Part shown: in pieces, positions 30,353 through 40,871 of the stretch | Position numbering within the stretch: position 1 is the first letter of the stretch | Layout: every line of letters starts with the position of its first letter | Source of the DNA: a bacterium | GTDB taxonomy: Bacteria > UBA8248 | Assembly: GCA_965204535.1 (NCBI GenBank) | Contig: CBDBEV010000001.1 | Span: 2,816,001 to 2,880,000 of the forward strand | Direction: 5' to 3' | Length of the DNA stretch: 64,000 nt | Notes under the pieces: model-generated | Databases searched by the model: none | Told to the model about the DNA's origin: nothing | Seen by the model: the letters and a program-made list of their open reading frames with translations, nothing else | Made by a program: the position numbers and the translations under genes

Positions 30353-31290
30353 TCCACCCCTCCCCGGCGCAAGAGCCGCAACTGAATCAGGGTCAGGCCG
30401 AATAGAAAGACGAAGAGCACCGTCGAAGCCGCGGCGGCCTCTCCCATCCGGAAGAAGGCGAATCCCGTTTCATAGATGAAGTAGGGAAGCACCCGGGTTG
30501 TCCCGTTGGGACCGCCTTCGGTCATGACCAGAGGGTTCAGGAACACCTTTACGGCCGAGAGAAGAGACAACACCATGACGAAGAGTATTGTGGGCAGAAG
30601 CAGGGGGATCGTCACGTAAATGAAGCGCTGGAACACGCCAGCGCCGTCGATGACGGCCGCCTCATGATATTCCTTCGGGATGGCCTGGAGGCCCGCCAGG
30701 TAAATCACGCCGAAGAGCGGGATGCCCCGCCAGATGCCGATGGCGATGAGGGCGGGCAGCGCCGACTCCTCCATCGAGAGCCAGTTGATGCGGCCGACTC
30801 CGAAAGTCTCCAGAATCGTGTTCACCAGGCCGTAGGGGTGGTACATGAACTTCCAAACCATGGCCACCACGATTTGCGACATCGCGATGGGGAAGAAGTA
30901 CGCCAGACGGATGACCGAACGCCCCGGCATCCTTCGGTTCAGGAGGAGGGCCAGGGCCAGCGCGAAGAACCACTCCGGGATGGAGACGCCGAACATGTAC
31001 TTCACCGAAACCCAGAAGGACTGGTGGAAGAGCGGGTTTTCCCAGAGGAGGTTGTAATTCTCAAGCCCCGTGAATACGGGCGGGCTCATGAGGTCGTAGC
31101 GGTAGAAACTCAGCCGGAAGGCCTGCAACATGGGGTAGAACTTGAAGATTACGAGATGAATGAGCGCAGGAAGAACGAAGAGAAACCCCGCCCAGCGGAG
31201 GTGGCTGTGGAGGGAGCGTTTCCCCCCGCCAGCCACCATCCGCCGCATGATCGAAGGTAAAGCCCGGCCGGCTCCGATCTCGCGACCCAT
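30349..31290 (-). CDS. Carbohydrate ABC transporter permease (MalF-like)
   Basis: LAGLQAIP..EAAVIDGA motif. Confidence 0.92.
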   Translation of the reverse strand: MGREIGAGRALPSIMRRMVAGGGKRSLHSHLRWAGFLFVLPALIHLVIFKFYPMLQAFRLSFYRYDLMSPPVFTGLENYNLLWENPLFHQSFWVSVKYMFGVSIPEWFFALALALLLNRRMPGRSVIRLAYFFPIAMSQIVVAMVWKFMYHPYGLVNTILETFGVGRINWLSMEESALPALIAIGIWRGIPLFGVIYLAGLQAIPKEYHEAAVIDGAGVFQRFIYVTIPLLLPTILFVMVLSLLSAVKVFLNPLVMTEGGPNGTTRVLPYFIYETGFAFFRMGEAAAASTVLFVFLFGLTLIQLRLLRRGGVE

Positions 31291-31301
31291 CGATTCTCCG
31301 C

Positions 31302-32585
31302 CTACTTCTTGGCCAGCGCCGCGTCGATCTCCTTACACGCCCTGTCGAGCGACTTCTTGGGGTCGTCCTTTCTCAAGACCACGCGCTCCATCGCACGGTG
31401 AATGGCCTGGTTGATCTCGATGATCTTGGCGGAGCGCTGGACATAGCGTCCGTTCGAGATGTCATTTACGAACACGTCCAGGTAGCGCGTCTTTCGCGCC
31501 TCTTCCATCCCGGGAAGGTTCAAGAAACCTTTGTCGGGATGGGGATAGGCCGTCCGCTCGTACCACGTCTTGGGGTCCTTGACGACGTATTTGATCACGT
31601 CATGCACTATCTTCTGCTTCGCCTCGGAAATATGGGGATTCACCGCGAGGGCGAAGCCGTAAATCGGCGTCACGGGCTTTTTGGGGTCCACCTGCGGGAA
31701 GGGCACCACCTTCACGTACTTCATCACCTTGGGGCCGAATTGCGCCACGCTCCCCGCGTGGGTGATGAACATGGAGACGCGCCCCTTGGGCAAATCGTCC
31801 GCCGGGAGGGCGTTGGTGCCCAGGCTGATGGTGGGGTCCGAGGCCTTGTAGTGGTGCGCAATCCTGGCCCGGACGTTCATGGCCTTCACGCCCGCCTCGC
31901 TGTTGGCCGTGCACTTCTTCCCGGAGGCGTCGAGGACTTCTCCCCCGTATTGCCGAATCGTCGTGTTGAAGTACCACATCGTCCAGGTGGAGGAGTGCAT
32001 GGCGAAATCGAAGCCCTCGCGCACCATCCTGGTGCCCCTCATTTTCACCAGCTTTTTCCCGATGCGGCCAACGTCTTCCCAGGTGCGCGGGTAATCCTTG
32101 TCCGGGTCCAGGCCTACTTCCCGGAAGTGGTTCTTGTTGATGTAGAGGCTGAATACCGAAGAGATGGGAGGGACGGCGTAGAGCTTCCCCTTGTGGATAT
32201 AGCCGTCCAGAGCCCCCGGCAGGTAGGCCTTCTTCATGTCCTCGAGGTCCTTGAAGCCGAGCCACTCGGGGCGAATGGGCGAGAGTACGTTCTTTGTGGT
32301 GAAGCCGGGCAGAAGGGTGTCGATGACCGTAAACATGTCGGCCGCCGAGCGCGTGGAAAGCGCGGCCGTGAGTTTCTGGAAGTAGGGGGTCATCGCGAAG
32401 AAATCATACTGCACGGGAGACTTGGGGTTCATCTTGTTCCACTCCGCCACCAACTGTTTGGAGTAGTTGTTGTGCGGCGGGTTGCTGTGTTCCCACCAGG
32501 TGATCCTTTGCTGGGCAAAAGCTGGATTCCAGAGAAGCGCTGTTACCATACCGACCAGTAGCTGAGTCATGAGAAACCTTTGCAT
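31302..32585 (-). CDS. Carbohydrate ABC transporter substrate-binding protein
   Basis: Signal peptide ending AFA, GKLYAVP, LYINK, PRTWED; adjacent permeases. Confidence 0.88.
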   Translation of the reverse strand: MQRFLMTQLLVGMVTALLWNPAFAQQRITWWEHSNPPHNNYSKQLVAEWNKMNPKSPVQYDFFAMTPYFQKLTAALSTRSAADMFTVIDTLLPGFTTKNVLSPIRPEWLGFKDLEDMKKAYLPGALDGYIHKGKLYAVPPISSVFSLYINKNHFREVGLDPDKDYPRTWEDVGRIGKKLVKMRGTRMVREGFDFAMHSSTWTMWYFNTTIRQYGGEVLDASGKKCTANSEAGVKAMNVRARIAHHYKASDPTISLGTNALPADDLPKGRVSMFITHAGSVAQFGPKVMKYVKVVPFPQVDPKKPVTPIYGFALAVNPHISEAKQKIVHDVIKYVVKDPKTWYERTAYPHPDKGFLNLPGMEEARKTRYLDVFVNDISNGRYVQRSAKIIEINQAIHRAMERVVLRKDDPKKSLDRACKEIDAALAKK

Positions 32586-33303
32586 GGTTTTGCCTCCTTT
32601 CCGGTCCGCCTGTTTTAGCCAGCGGTTCTATTGAGAATTCCGGGCGCACCCCGAGCATGGAGTGTACCGGGATCGAATGGGTACTACAGGAACACGTCGC
32701 GCCATTGCACGCCACTTGATTATTTCATTTTGGAACTTGAATGGAAGCATATTAGCATCTGGCCGTTCCAAATCAAAATTCCTTTGATGAGGTACCGGGT
32801 TTTCCTTCGCCATGCGCTGGTCCGGCGCGACGCTTGCGCCGATATGGATGATGGCGGAGCGCGTCCACTTGCGCCCTTGGTCATCAGGGCGACTGTCAGG
32901 ATATGGAAGACCGCGCAGACGGTGTGCGCGGGCGAAGTTCAGGAAGAGGGGAGGTGCGTTTTAGCTGTGGGGGCGTAATTCAGTTCGCGTTGCCGTCACC
33001 GGAGCCGCCACCGAAACAGACCGCCGTCAGCGTAAGTAAGAGGAGGATCAGCATGAAGCGTTTCATGCGGACCTTCATAAAACATGCGCCAAGAGGTGTC
33101 AAAGAAAACATGCGCCGGGAGATGCCAACGCTTCGAGCCGCGCGCTCCCCGCCGGGCGAGGCCAAATCCCGGCGGTTGACGCCTCGTATCCTTGAGTTTT
33201 TGCGGGCGAAAGCCAAAAATGTTACTAATGTATTCAATCTGACAATTTGCTCGTTCTGATTTGCGAGAACATCTTTTCCATTGGTAGGTAAGGATTTCAT
33301 TCT

Positions 33304-34272
33304 ATGAATCATGCAGGAGGTTTTCATTTCGGCTATCTGCTGCCCACGCGCGGCGTCGTCGTGGCGGCGGCGGGCGAGGCGCCGGAAACAGACCCCATTT
33401 TTTCTTTGGCGAAAAAGGCCGAGAATCTTGGTCTCGATTCCGTCTGGCTCGGCGACAGCGTGCTGGCCAAGCCGCGCATGGAGAGCTTCACCACCTGGGC
33501 GGCGGTTCTCGCCTCCACCGAGCGCGTTCAGGTGGGCACGGCGGTGATGCTCGCGGCGCTCAGACACCCGGTGATGCTCGCCCAGTCGATGAGCACGCTC
33601 GACTGCATGTTCCCCGGTCGCGTTCTGCCCGGCCTGGGCGTGGGGCGCACCGACCTCAAGTTCGAGTTCGAGACCATCGGCGTTCCCATCAACGAGCGCG
33701 CGCGCCGGTTTTCCGAGACAGTCGAAATACTCAAGCTCCTCATGCGGGAATCCCGGGCAAATTATGCGGGCAAACATTTCGCCTTCGAGGGCGTGGCGCT
33801 CGAGCCGAGGCCCAAAACCCCCGGCGGCCCCCCGGTCTGGCTATCGAGCAACCTGGTGGATTCAGGCCTTAAGCGCGTGGCGCGCTTCGCCGACGGCTGG
33901 ATAACGAACTCGATCACGGCGGACCTCTACCGGCAGTGCTGGGAGAAGATTCTCTCGTATTCCGACGAGTTTGGCCGCACCGAAGAAATCGAAAAAATTC
34001 CCCAGTGCCTCTACGTCACGATGAACATCAATCCCGACGGCGCGAAGGCGGAAGCCCAGTGCGGAGAATTTCTCTCCAAGTACTACCACAAGACCTTCGA
34101 TGAGGTGCGGGAGCAACTCCTCGTCATCGCCGGGGACGGCGACCGCGTGGAGGAGCAGCTCAGGGAATACGCGGCGGAAGGAGCGCGCGTCTTCGTCGTT
34201 CGCTTCGCGGGCGGCGTCCAGGAAGAACAACTCGAGAATTTCGTCTCAGAACTCCTGCCGAGGTTCGAGTAG
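33304..34272 (+). CDS. LLM-class flavin-dependent oxidoreductase
   Basis: AENLGLDSVW, VGTAV..LRHPV, GLGVG, RVARFADGW. Confidence 0.88.
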   Translation: MNHAGGFHFGYLLPTRGVVVAAAGEAPETDPIFSLAKKAENLGLDSVWLGDSVLAKPRMESFTTWAAVLASTERVQVGTAVMLAALRHPVMLAQSMSTLDCMFPGRVLPGLGVGRTDLKFEFETIGVPINERARRFSETVEILKLLMRESRANYAGKHFAFEGVALEPRPKTPGGPPVWLSSNLVDSGLKRVARFADGWITNSITADLYRQCWEKILSYSDEFGRTEEIEKIPQCLYVTMNINPDGAKAEAQCGEFLSKYYHKTFDEVREQLLVIAGDGDRVEEQLREYAAEGARVFVVRFAGGVQEEQLENFVSELLPRFE

Positions 34273-35457
34273 ATGGTCATCGAGAACGGCACGGGCGCTT
34301 CCATAGAAGAGATCAAGGGGAGAATTTCGGATGCGCGCGGCCTCATGGGCGAGGCGGAACTCGACGTCCTCCTCGTCATCGGGCGTTCTTTTTATGACCG
34401 CATGGGGAGCCTGACCTACCTCACCAACCATTTCCCGCCGTTTCCGCCGGGCGCGTTCAGCGATACCGTGCGCGGCATGGGCCACGGCGTGCTCGTCCTG
34501 CCGATTGAGGAGGAGCCGCTTCTCTTCGTGGATCACAGAAACTATCGCGCAGAGATGGTGCACGTCGAGAACGTCCGGGTGGAGGCGAACATCTCCGCCG
34601 GCCTGGTGGGTCAACTGGAGCGACTGGGAGCCGGAAGCGCGCGGGTGGGTATCGCCGGTGAGGACATCATGCCGGCCACGATGTACATCGACTTGACCAC
34701 GGCACTCCCCGAGGCGCAATTCTCGAACGCGAACGCCCTGGTGGAGCAACTCCGCGCCAGGAAGAGCGAAACCGAGGTCGCTTACCTGAAGCGCGCGGCG
34801 GAGATCGTCGAGGCGGGCTATGCCGCCATTTTCGATGCGGTTCGCCCCGGCGTGAGCGAGAGCGATCTGTGCGCCGAGGGCCATGCGGCGGGGATGCGCG
34901 CGGGGGCCGATTTCGTGCGCTACGTCCGCGTCCACAGCGGCCCGTGGGCAAGCTGGGGTTCGCGCTGGCCGCAGGCGACGCAGAGGAAGCTGGAGGCGGG
35001 CGACCTGATCCGCTTCGACTACGTGGGCGCGGTGGAAGGCTACGGGTTCGACGTCAACCGCACTGCCGTGGTCCCCGGCAAGAAACTCGAAAAAAACGTG
35101 GAGGAGATGCTGGAGTTGACGGTCGCGACCTCGGAGGCGTCGATGGACGCGGTTCGCGCGGGTGCCAGGGCTTCGGACGTTCATGCGGCGGCGAGCCGGT
35201 TCCTGGACGAGAACGCGAACGGAGCGGGGCAGTATCTCTTCCCGATGGCGGGGCACGGCATTGGACTAGAGACTGTGGAGGCGCCCATCATCCGGCCGGA
35301 TAACGAGATGGTGCTGGAACGCAACATGGTGCTCTGCGTGGAGCCGCAGTTCGTGCTGCCCGAGGTGGGGGGTACGAACATCGAGCAGATGGTGCTCGTG
35401 ACGGATGATGGATGCGAACTCCTCACGACGACCACCACGCGCCCGTGGGCGGAATAA
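34273..35457 (+). CDS. M24 family (Xaa-Pro peptidase/creatinase-like) protein
   Basis: RARKS..EV, D-Y..GY..DVNRT, GHGIGL, VEP, IEQMVLVT. Confidence 0.88.
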   Translation: MVIENGTGASIEEIKGRISDARGLMGEAELDVLLVIGRSFYDRMGSLTYLTNHFPPFPPGAFSDTVRGMGHGVLVLPIEEEPLLFVDHRNYRAEMVHVENVRVEANISAGLVGQLERLGAGSARVGIAGEDIMPATMYIDLTTALPEAQFSNANALVEQLRARKSETEVAYLKRAAEIVEAGYAAIFDAVRPGVSESDLCAEGHAAGMRAGADFVRYVRVHSGPWASWGSRWPQATQRKLEAGDLIRFDYVGAVEGYGFDVNRTAVVPGKKLEKNVEEMLELTVATSEASMDAVRAGARASDVHAAASRFLDENANGAGQYLFPMAGHGIGLETVEAPIIRPDNEMVLERNMVLCVEPQFVLPEVGGTNIEQMVLVTDDGCELLTTTTTRPWAE

Positions 35458-35608
35458 CATGGGCGCTGCATGTCCGGGAATGATACTGCCGGATAAGCGA
35501 GAATGAGTTTCGATACGCTCGTAATATGCTTGTAATTTTCATGTGAGACGCTTTTTGTGCATCCGACGTTATTTCGTGGAATGGCGTTATAAAAGGGACG
35601 GAATTTCC

Positions 35609-37480
35609 ATGAAGCGATTCCTGAATCCGGTCGCGCTGCTGGCCATCGTCTGGTCGGTCATCCAGTTGTATTGGGCTTTTTTCGGGATGCTTCACGTCTT
35701 TACCTCCAGGCCGCTTCACCTGAGCTTCGCGCTGGGCATCGTCTTTCTCACCAAACCGTTTCGCAAGGAAGGCCGCGTCGGCCCCGTCGATTACGTTTTG
35801 ACCGTCATCGCCATGTGTATCGCGGTGCTCTATCTGTGGGAGTGGAACTTCCTGAACGAGCGCATCCGCGACGTGGACGAAGTGCCCACGCGCTATGTCT
35901 ACTTAGGCCTTGCATACATCCTCCTGACCGTCGAGGCGTCGCGTCGCTATCTCGGCTGGGGCGTCACCTCGGTCGCCGTCGTGGCGCTGGCCTATAATTT
36001 TCTCGGCCACCTGATCCCGGGCGCACTCGGGCATCGCTTCATCCTGCTGACCGAGTTCATCGAGTTCCAGATCCTGGGCGTCGAGGGCCTGCTGGGCGTT
36101 CCGCTGGGCGTGAGCGCGGAGGTGGTGTTTTATTTCGTGCTCTTCTCGGCGGCGCTCGAAGTCTCGGGCGGCGGGCGCATGTTCATCGATCTGGCCATCC
36201 GGCTCACCGGCTCGTTCCGGGGCGGTCCGGCCAAGGCGGCGATCGTGAGCAGCAGCCTCATGGGCACCATCAGCGGGAGCGCGACGGCGAACGTCGTGGG
36301 AACCGGCATCTTCACCATCCCGCTGATGAAGCGCCTGGGCTTCGCTCCCCATTACGCGGGCGCGGTGGAGGCGGTGGCTTCCACGGGCGGGCAGCTCATG
36401 CCGCCCATCATGGGGGCCGGGGCCTTCATCCTGGCCGACATGACGGGCACCCCGTATTTGAGGGTGGCGGGCGCGGCGGCCATTCCGGCCATCATCTACT
36501 ACGTCTCGCTGTTCTTCATGGTCGACCTCGAGGCGAAGAAGCTGAACCTGAAGGGTCTGAGCAAAGAGGAGATGCCGGAACTCAAGAGCATCCTCCTGGA
36601 GCGCGGTCTCCTGCTCTTTCCGATCATCCTGCTCCTGGGCTACATGATCGCCGGTTTCACTTTGATGTGGTCGGCCACCTCGGCGGCCATCGGCGTGGTG
36701 GTGCTCAGTTGGGTGCGCAGTGGGACCCGCATGGGGTTCGAGAAGATAATCGAAGCGCTCGAGAAGGCCGGGCGGATGACGGTCCCCGTCGCGGTTCCCT
36801 GCGCCATCGCCGGCGTCGTGGTCGGCGTGGTGGACGATACGGGCATCGGCCTCAAGTTCTCGGGCCTCATCGTCAACATCTCGGGCGGAATGATCCTGCC
36901 CGCGCTGGGGCTGACGCTCATCGGCTGCGTCATCATGGGTATGGGCATGCCGACTGCCGCCGCCTACATCATGGCGGGAACGCTTCTGGGTCCGGCGCTT
37001 TTCAAGCTCGGCCTCCCCGTTCTGGCGGCGCACATGTTCATCTACTATTTCGCCATTCTCTCGATGCTGACGCCGCCGGTGGCGCTTTCGGCCTACGTCG
37101 CCTCGGGCGTGGCCGAGTCGGATTTGACCGCCACGGGCTGGAAGGCGTTTCAGCTCTCTTTGGCGGGATTTCTTATTCCCTTCGCGTTCGTATATAATCC
37201 GTCCATGCTGTTTATCGGTCCGCTCGGTGAGACGCTCTGGGTAACGATCACCTGCATCATCGGTGTGGCGGCCCTAGCGGCGGCGATCACCGGGCACGTA
37301 TCGCTCCCCCTGGCGGGCTGGGAGCGGGCTGTTTTCTTCATCTGTTGTCTGGGGCTGATCGTTCCCGAGAAGATGACGGACGTCATCGGCTCCGTTTTGC
37401 TGGTCATCGTTTTCTGGCGCCATATGACGCGCGCCAGGAAAAGCGCCCTCGCCGTGGATTCGGCGGGTCCTGTGTCTTAG
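35609..37480 (+). CDS. TRAP transporter fused 4TM/12TM permease
   Basis: GGPAKAA, SGSATANV, ASTGGQLMPPIMGA, GMGMPT, TPPVAL. Confidence 0.92.
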   Translation: MKRFLNPVALLAIVWSVIQLYWAFFGMLHVFTSRPLHLSFALGIVFLTKPFRKEGRVGPVDYVLTVIAMCIAVLYLWEWNFLNERIRDVDEVPTRYVYLGLAYILLTVEASRRYLGWGVTSVAVVALAYNFLGHLIPGALGHRFILLTEFIEFQILGVEGLLGVPLGVSAEVVFYFVLFSAALEVSGGGRMFIDLAIRLTGSFRGGPAKAAIVSSSLMGTISGSATANVVGTGIFTIPLMKRLGFAPHYAGAVEAVASTGGQLMPPIMGAGAFILADMTGTPYLRVAGAAAIPAIIYYVSLFFMVDLEAKKLNLKGLSKEEMPELKSILLERGLLLFPIILLLGYMIAGFTLMWSATSAAIGVVVLSWVRSGTRMGFEKIIEALEKAGRMTVPVAVPCAIAGVVVGVVDDTGIGLKFSGLIVNISGGMILPALGLTLIGCVIMGMGMPTAAAYIMAGTLLGPALFKLGLPVLAAHMFIYYFAILSMLTPPVALSAYVASGVAESDLTATGWKAFQLSLAGFLIPFAFVYNPSMLFIGPLGETLWVTITCIIGVAALAAAITGHVSLPLAGWERAVFFICCLGLIVPEKMTDVIGSVLLVIVFWRHMTRARKSALAVDSAGPVS

Positions 37481-37540
37481 CGAAAAACGCATCATAGACG
37501 GAAGCATATTCGTGTTATTTCCAACAGAGGAGTTTTCGAC

Positions 37541-38515
37541 ATGAAGCGCAAATCCTGGAAAATGGTTCTTGTTCTCGCGGTGGTCATCGGCGCCTTCGTG
37601 GCCGTTCAGGCCGAGGCGGCCCGCCTCACGATGGGAAGCTGGAAAAAGGGCAGCGGCTGGCACGTGTACTCGGCCACCATGGCGAACATCGTGAACAACG
37701 CGAAAGTGGGCGTTCAGATAGACGCCCTCTCCAAAGGCGGCGGCGTGGGGAACCCCAAGCTCGTCGGCACCGGCAAGTTCAGTATGGGGCTCACCTTCAG
37801 CGTGGCGGCGGCCTGGGCGTATCAGGGCAAGGTGGCCTACAAAAAGCCCTACAAGAACCTGCGCGGGCTGGTTGGCGGCCTGGACCAGTACTTCCTGGGC
37901 ATCGTTACCACGAACCCCAAGGTGAACGGCATTCTCGACCTCAAGAAAGTGCCCGTGAACTACGTGACGGTTCCGCGCGGCGGGCTGGGCCAGTGGGCCA
38001 CGCGCGCCATGCTCGGAGCGCACGGCATCACCTATGAGGGCATCAAGAAGATGGGTGGTTCGGTGACGCACACCGGCTTCGGCGCCATCAAGAGCCGGAT
38101 GAAGGACGGCCAGGCCGACATGCTGAGCCACACCGTGAACGCGGGCCACCCGGCGCTCACCTCGATAGCGATCCAGAAGAAGCTGAAGTTCTTGGGTATC
38201 GCCGATGAGTTCCGCAACAAGCTTCTGGGAATCGGCTTCCTGAAAGCCACCATGCCGGCCAAGACGTTCCCGGGACAGGACAAGCCCAAGAACACGTTCG
38301 GCTTCACCACCGCGGTCCTCGCCTCCACCGCCCTGAGCAACAAGGATGCGTACAATATCGTGAAGTCCCTGCTCGACAACGTGAAGGACCTGCGGGCGGG
38401 ACACAAGGGCCTCAGGAACTTCGACCCGGCCAAGACGGGTTGCAAGGAAGCGCAGATGGGCATTCCGTTCCACGACGGCGCGGCCCGCTATTGCAAGGAG
38501 AAGGGCTGGAATTAG
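37541..38515 (+). CDS. TAXI-family TRAP substrate-binding protein
   Basis: Signal peptide, GGGVGN, IPFHDGAARY motif; next to fused TRAP permease. Confidence 0.88.
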   Translation: MKRKSWKMVLVLAVVIGAFVAVQAEAARLTMGSWKKGSGWHVYSATMANIVNNAKVGVQIDALSKGGGVGNPKLVGTGKFSMGLTFSVAAAWAYQGKVAYKKPYKNLRGLVGGLDQYFLGIVTTNPKVNGILDLKKVPVNYVTVPRGGLGQWATRAMLGAHGITYEGIKKMGGSVTHTGFGAIKSRMKDGQADMLSHTVNAGHPALTSIAIQKKLKFLGIADEFRNKLLGIGFLKATMPAKTFPGQDKPKNTFGFTTAVLASTALSNKDAYNIVKSLLDNVKDLRAGHKGLRNFDPAKTGCKEAQMGIPFHDGAARYCKEKGWN

Positions 38516-38675
38516 TTGATGGTTCAAGCGGCGGGGAGGTGCGCCGCCGCCAGAAAAAGCAGGAACGAGAACCGCTATCGGTTCATGAATCGAGGTTCGA
38601 CTCCCGCCGTTCGTCCGGGGATGGGCGGCGGGAGCTTCCATTTCAAAAACCGTTTGCTTCAACAAGGGGAAAGCC

Positions 38676-39470
38676 ATGCCGTACCGCTTTGTCGATCTCT
38701 CGCTCACCGTCGACCCGGAGGACACCTACGTTCAGTTTCCGCGCGATGAGATTTACGACAAGCCGGCGCCAGGCACGACCATCACCCCCATCGCGACGCT
38801 GGACGTGGACCACATCTGCAACTTCGGCTTCACCACCACCACGCAGAGCTACACGCACTACGACGCGCCCTATCACTTTTTCCACGACGGGCTGAAGAAC
38901 GACGAGTTGCCGCTCGATCACGTATGCGGCGACGCCTGCGTGCTCAAGGTGCCGGGCAAGGGCAATTCCGAGTCCGTGACGGCCGAGGACCTGGAAGCCA
39001 CGGGCGTCGAAGTGCGCCCCGGCGACATCGCCATCGTCAGCACGGAGTGGACCGACCGCATGTGGGGCTCGCGCGATTTCTGGGAGCACATGGTCTATCT
39101 CTCGACCGACGCGGCCGACTGGCTCATCGACAAGGGCATCAAGGCGCTCGTCCAGGATTTCATGACGTGCGACTCGCCGCTCCATCCCCCCGAGGAGCGC
39201 AAGTGGCCGGCGCCGAACTGGAGCCCCAACCACATCAAGTTCCTGGAGCGCGGGATATGCCTCATCGAGTGGTGCACGAACATGGGCGCCATCCGCAAAG
39301 AGCGCGTCCTGCTGGTGACGGGCGCGGTGAAGCTCAAGGACACCGAGGGCGCGCCCGCGCGCGTCATCGCGGTCGAGTTCTGGGACGAGGAGCCGCCCCG
39401 CGACGGCGCTCCTCCCCCCCTGCCGCCCCTCGAGAATCCCTATACGGATCGCGGCTCCTGGGCCGAATAA
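38676..39470 (+). CDS. Cyclase family (KynB-like) metal-dependent hydrolase
   Basis: VDLS, THYDAPYH, GAPARVIA. Confidence 0.85.
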   Translation: MPYRFVDLSLTVDPEDTYVQFPRDEIYDKPAPGTTITPIATLDVDHICNFGFTTTTQSYTHYDAPYHFFHDGLKNDELPLDHVCGDACVLKVPGKGNSESVTAEDLEATGVEVRPGDIAIVSTEWTDRMWGSRDFWEHMVYLSTDAADWLIDKGIKALVQDFMTCDSPLHPPEERKWPAPNWSPNHIKFLERGICLIEWCTNMGAIRKERVLLVTGAVKLKDTEGAPARVIAVEFWDEEPPRDGAPPPLPPLENPYTDRGSWAE

Positions 39471-39480
39471 GGCGCGCGAT

Positions 39481-40863
39481 ATGGTGGATCAAAGCCTGCG
39501 CGGCTTCCTGGAGATGGTGGAGCGAGACCACCCCGAAGAACTCGTGCGCATCGCAGAACCCGTCGGGAGGGAGGACATCACGCCCACGGTGTTCGAGTTC
39601 GAGCGCGCGGGCAGATACCCCGTCATCATCTTCGAGCGCGTGGAGGGCTTCGAGGGTTCGGTCGTCACCAACATCGCGGGCAACCGGAACCTCCTGGCGG
39701 CGTGTCTCGACGTGGCGCCGGGCGATCTGCCGACGGCCTACAAGGACCGCTGCCAGAATTACCTGCCCGTGGAGGTGGTCGAGGACGCCCCCTGGCGCGA
39801 AGTCGTCATCGAAGAAGACGAGGTGGATCTCAACAAGCTGCCCATCCCCTTCCATTTTCCCGTGGATGCGGCCCCCTACATCACGGCGGGCCAGATCGTG
39901 GCGCGAGACCCCGAGACGGGCGTGGACACGACGGGCTTCCATCGACTGCAGCTCAAGGGAAAGAACAGGTTGGGCGTCTCCCTGCATTCGCGTCGGCGGA
40001 TGTACCATTTTCACAAAAAGGCCGAAGACGCCGGCGAGCCCCTGCCGGCGGCGGTCGTCATCGGGGTTCACCCCGTCCACTACATGGGTTCGATGGCCTA
40101 TCACTACCCGCCGGGAGTGCGGAAGTACGAGATCATCGGCGCCCTGTTCGGCGAGTCGTATCGCGTCGCCCGGTGCGGCACGGCGGACCTGGAAGCGCCC
40201 GAGGGGGCGGAGATCGTGCTCGAAGGAGAGATTCTGAACGAGGTGCGCGAGGAGGAGGGCCCCTTCGGCGAGTTCACCGGCTATGCGTCCTACCGCAGCA
40301 CGCAGAACGTGTTCGTCGTCAAGCGCGTGCAGATGAGGGGCGACGCCATGCTCCACAGCGTGGCCTCGGGCATGTCGGCCGATCACATTCTCATCTCATG
40401 CGTGAGCCGCGAGGCCGAGATCCTGAACACGCTCAGGCGCAACCTGCCGGGCGTCACCGCCGTGCACGTGCCCTCGAACACGGCGGGCGCGCTTCTGGCC
40501 ATCGTCCAGATGAAAAAGACGGCAGAGGGCCAGCCGCAACAGGCCATCATGGCGGCGCTCGGAACCGAGTTTTACTGCAAGTGCGTGGTCGTGGTCGATG
40601 AGGACGTGGACATCTTCAATCTCTCCGACGTTGCCTGGGCGGTCATCACGAGGACGCGCGCGGATAAGGACATCAACTTCATCCACGGGGCGATGGGCGC
40701 CATCCTGGACCCGACTTCGGACCCCGAGACGCACACCCTCACGAAGGTGGGGGTCGACGCCACCAAACCCGCCGGGCGCGACTTTGCGGAACGGCTGCAT
40801 ATTCCAGACGAGCAGCGCGAGCGCGTGCGCGGGATTCTCGCGAGCGCGGGCATCCACCTTTAG
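39481..40863 (+). CDS. UbiD-family (prFMN-dependent) decarboxylase
   Basis: EIVLEG, EGPFGEFTGY, VVVDEDVDI, KVGVDATKP. Confidence 0.92.
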   Translation: MVDQSLRGFLEMVERDHPEELVRIAEPVGREDITPTVFEFERAGRYPVIIFERVEGFEGSVVTNIAGNRNLLAACLDVAPGDLPTAYKDRCQNYLPVEVVEDAPWREVVIEEDEVDLNKLPIPFHFPVDAAPYITAGQIVARDPETGVDTTGFHRLQLKGKNRLGVSLHSRRRMYHFHKKAEDAGEPLPAAVVIGVHPVHYMGSMAYHYPPGVRKYEIIGALFGESYRVARCGTADLEAPEGAEIVLEGEILNEVREEEGPFGEFTGYASYRSTQNVFVVKRVQMRGDAMLHSVASGMSADHILISCVSREAEILNTLRRNLPGVTAVHVPSNTAGALLAIVQMKKTAEGQPQQAIMAALGTEFYCKCVVVVDEDVDIFNLSDVAWAVITRTRADKDINFIHGAMGAILDPTSDPETHTLTKVGVDATKPAGRDFAERLHIPDEQRERVRGILASAGIHL

Positions 40864-40871
40864 GCCTTGAT

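Noticed and set aside
32729-32772. TTTGGAAC...GTTCCAAA inverted repeat in the divergent promoter region
   Set aside because: Only 8 bp with a long spacer and no regulator gene nearby; could be chance
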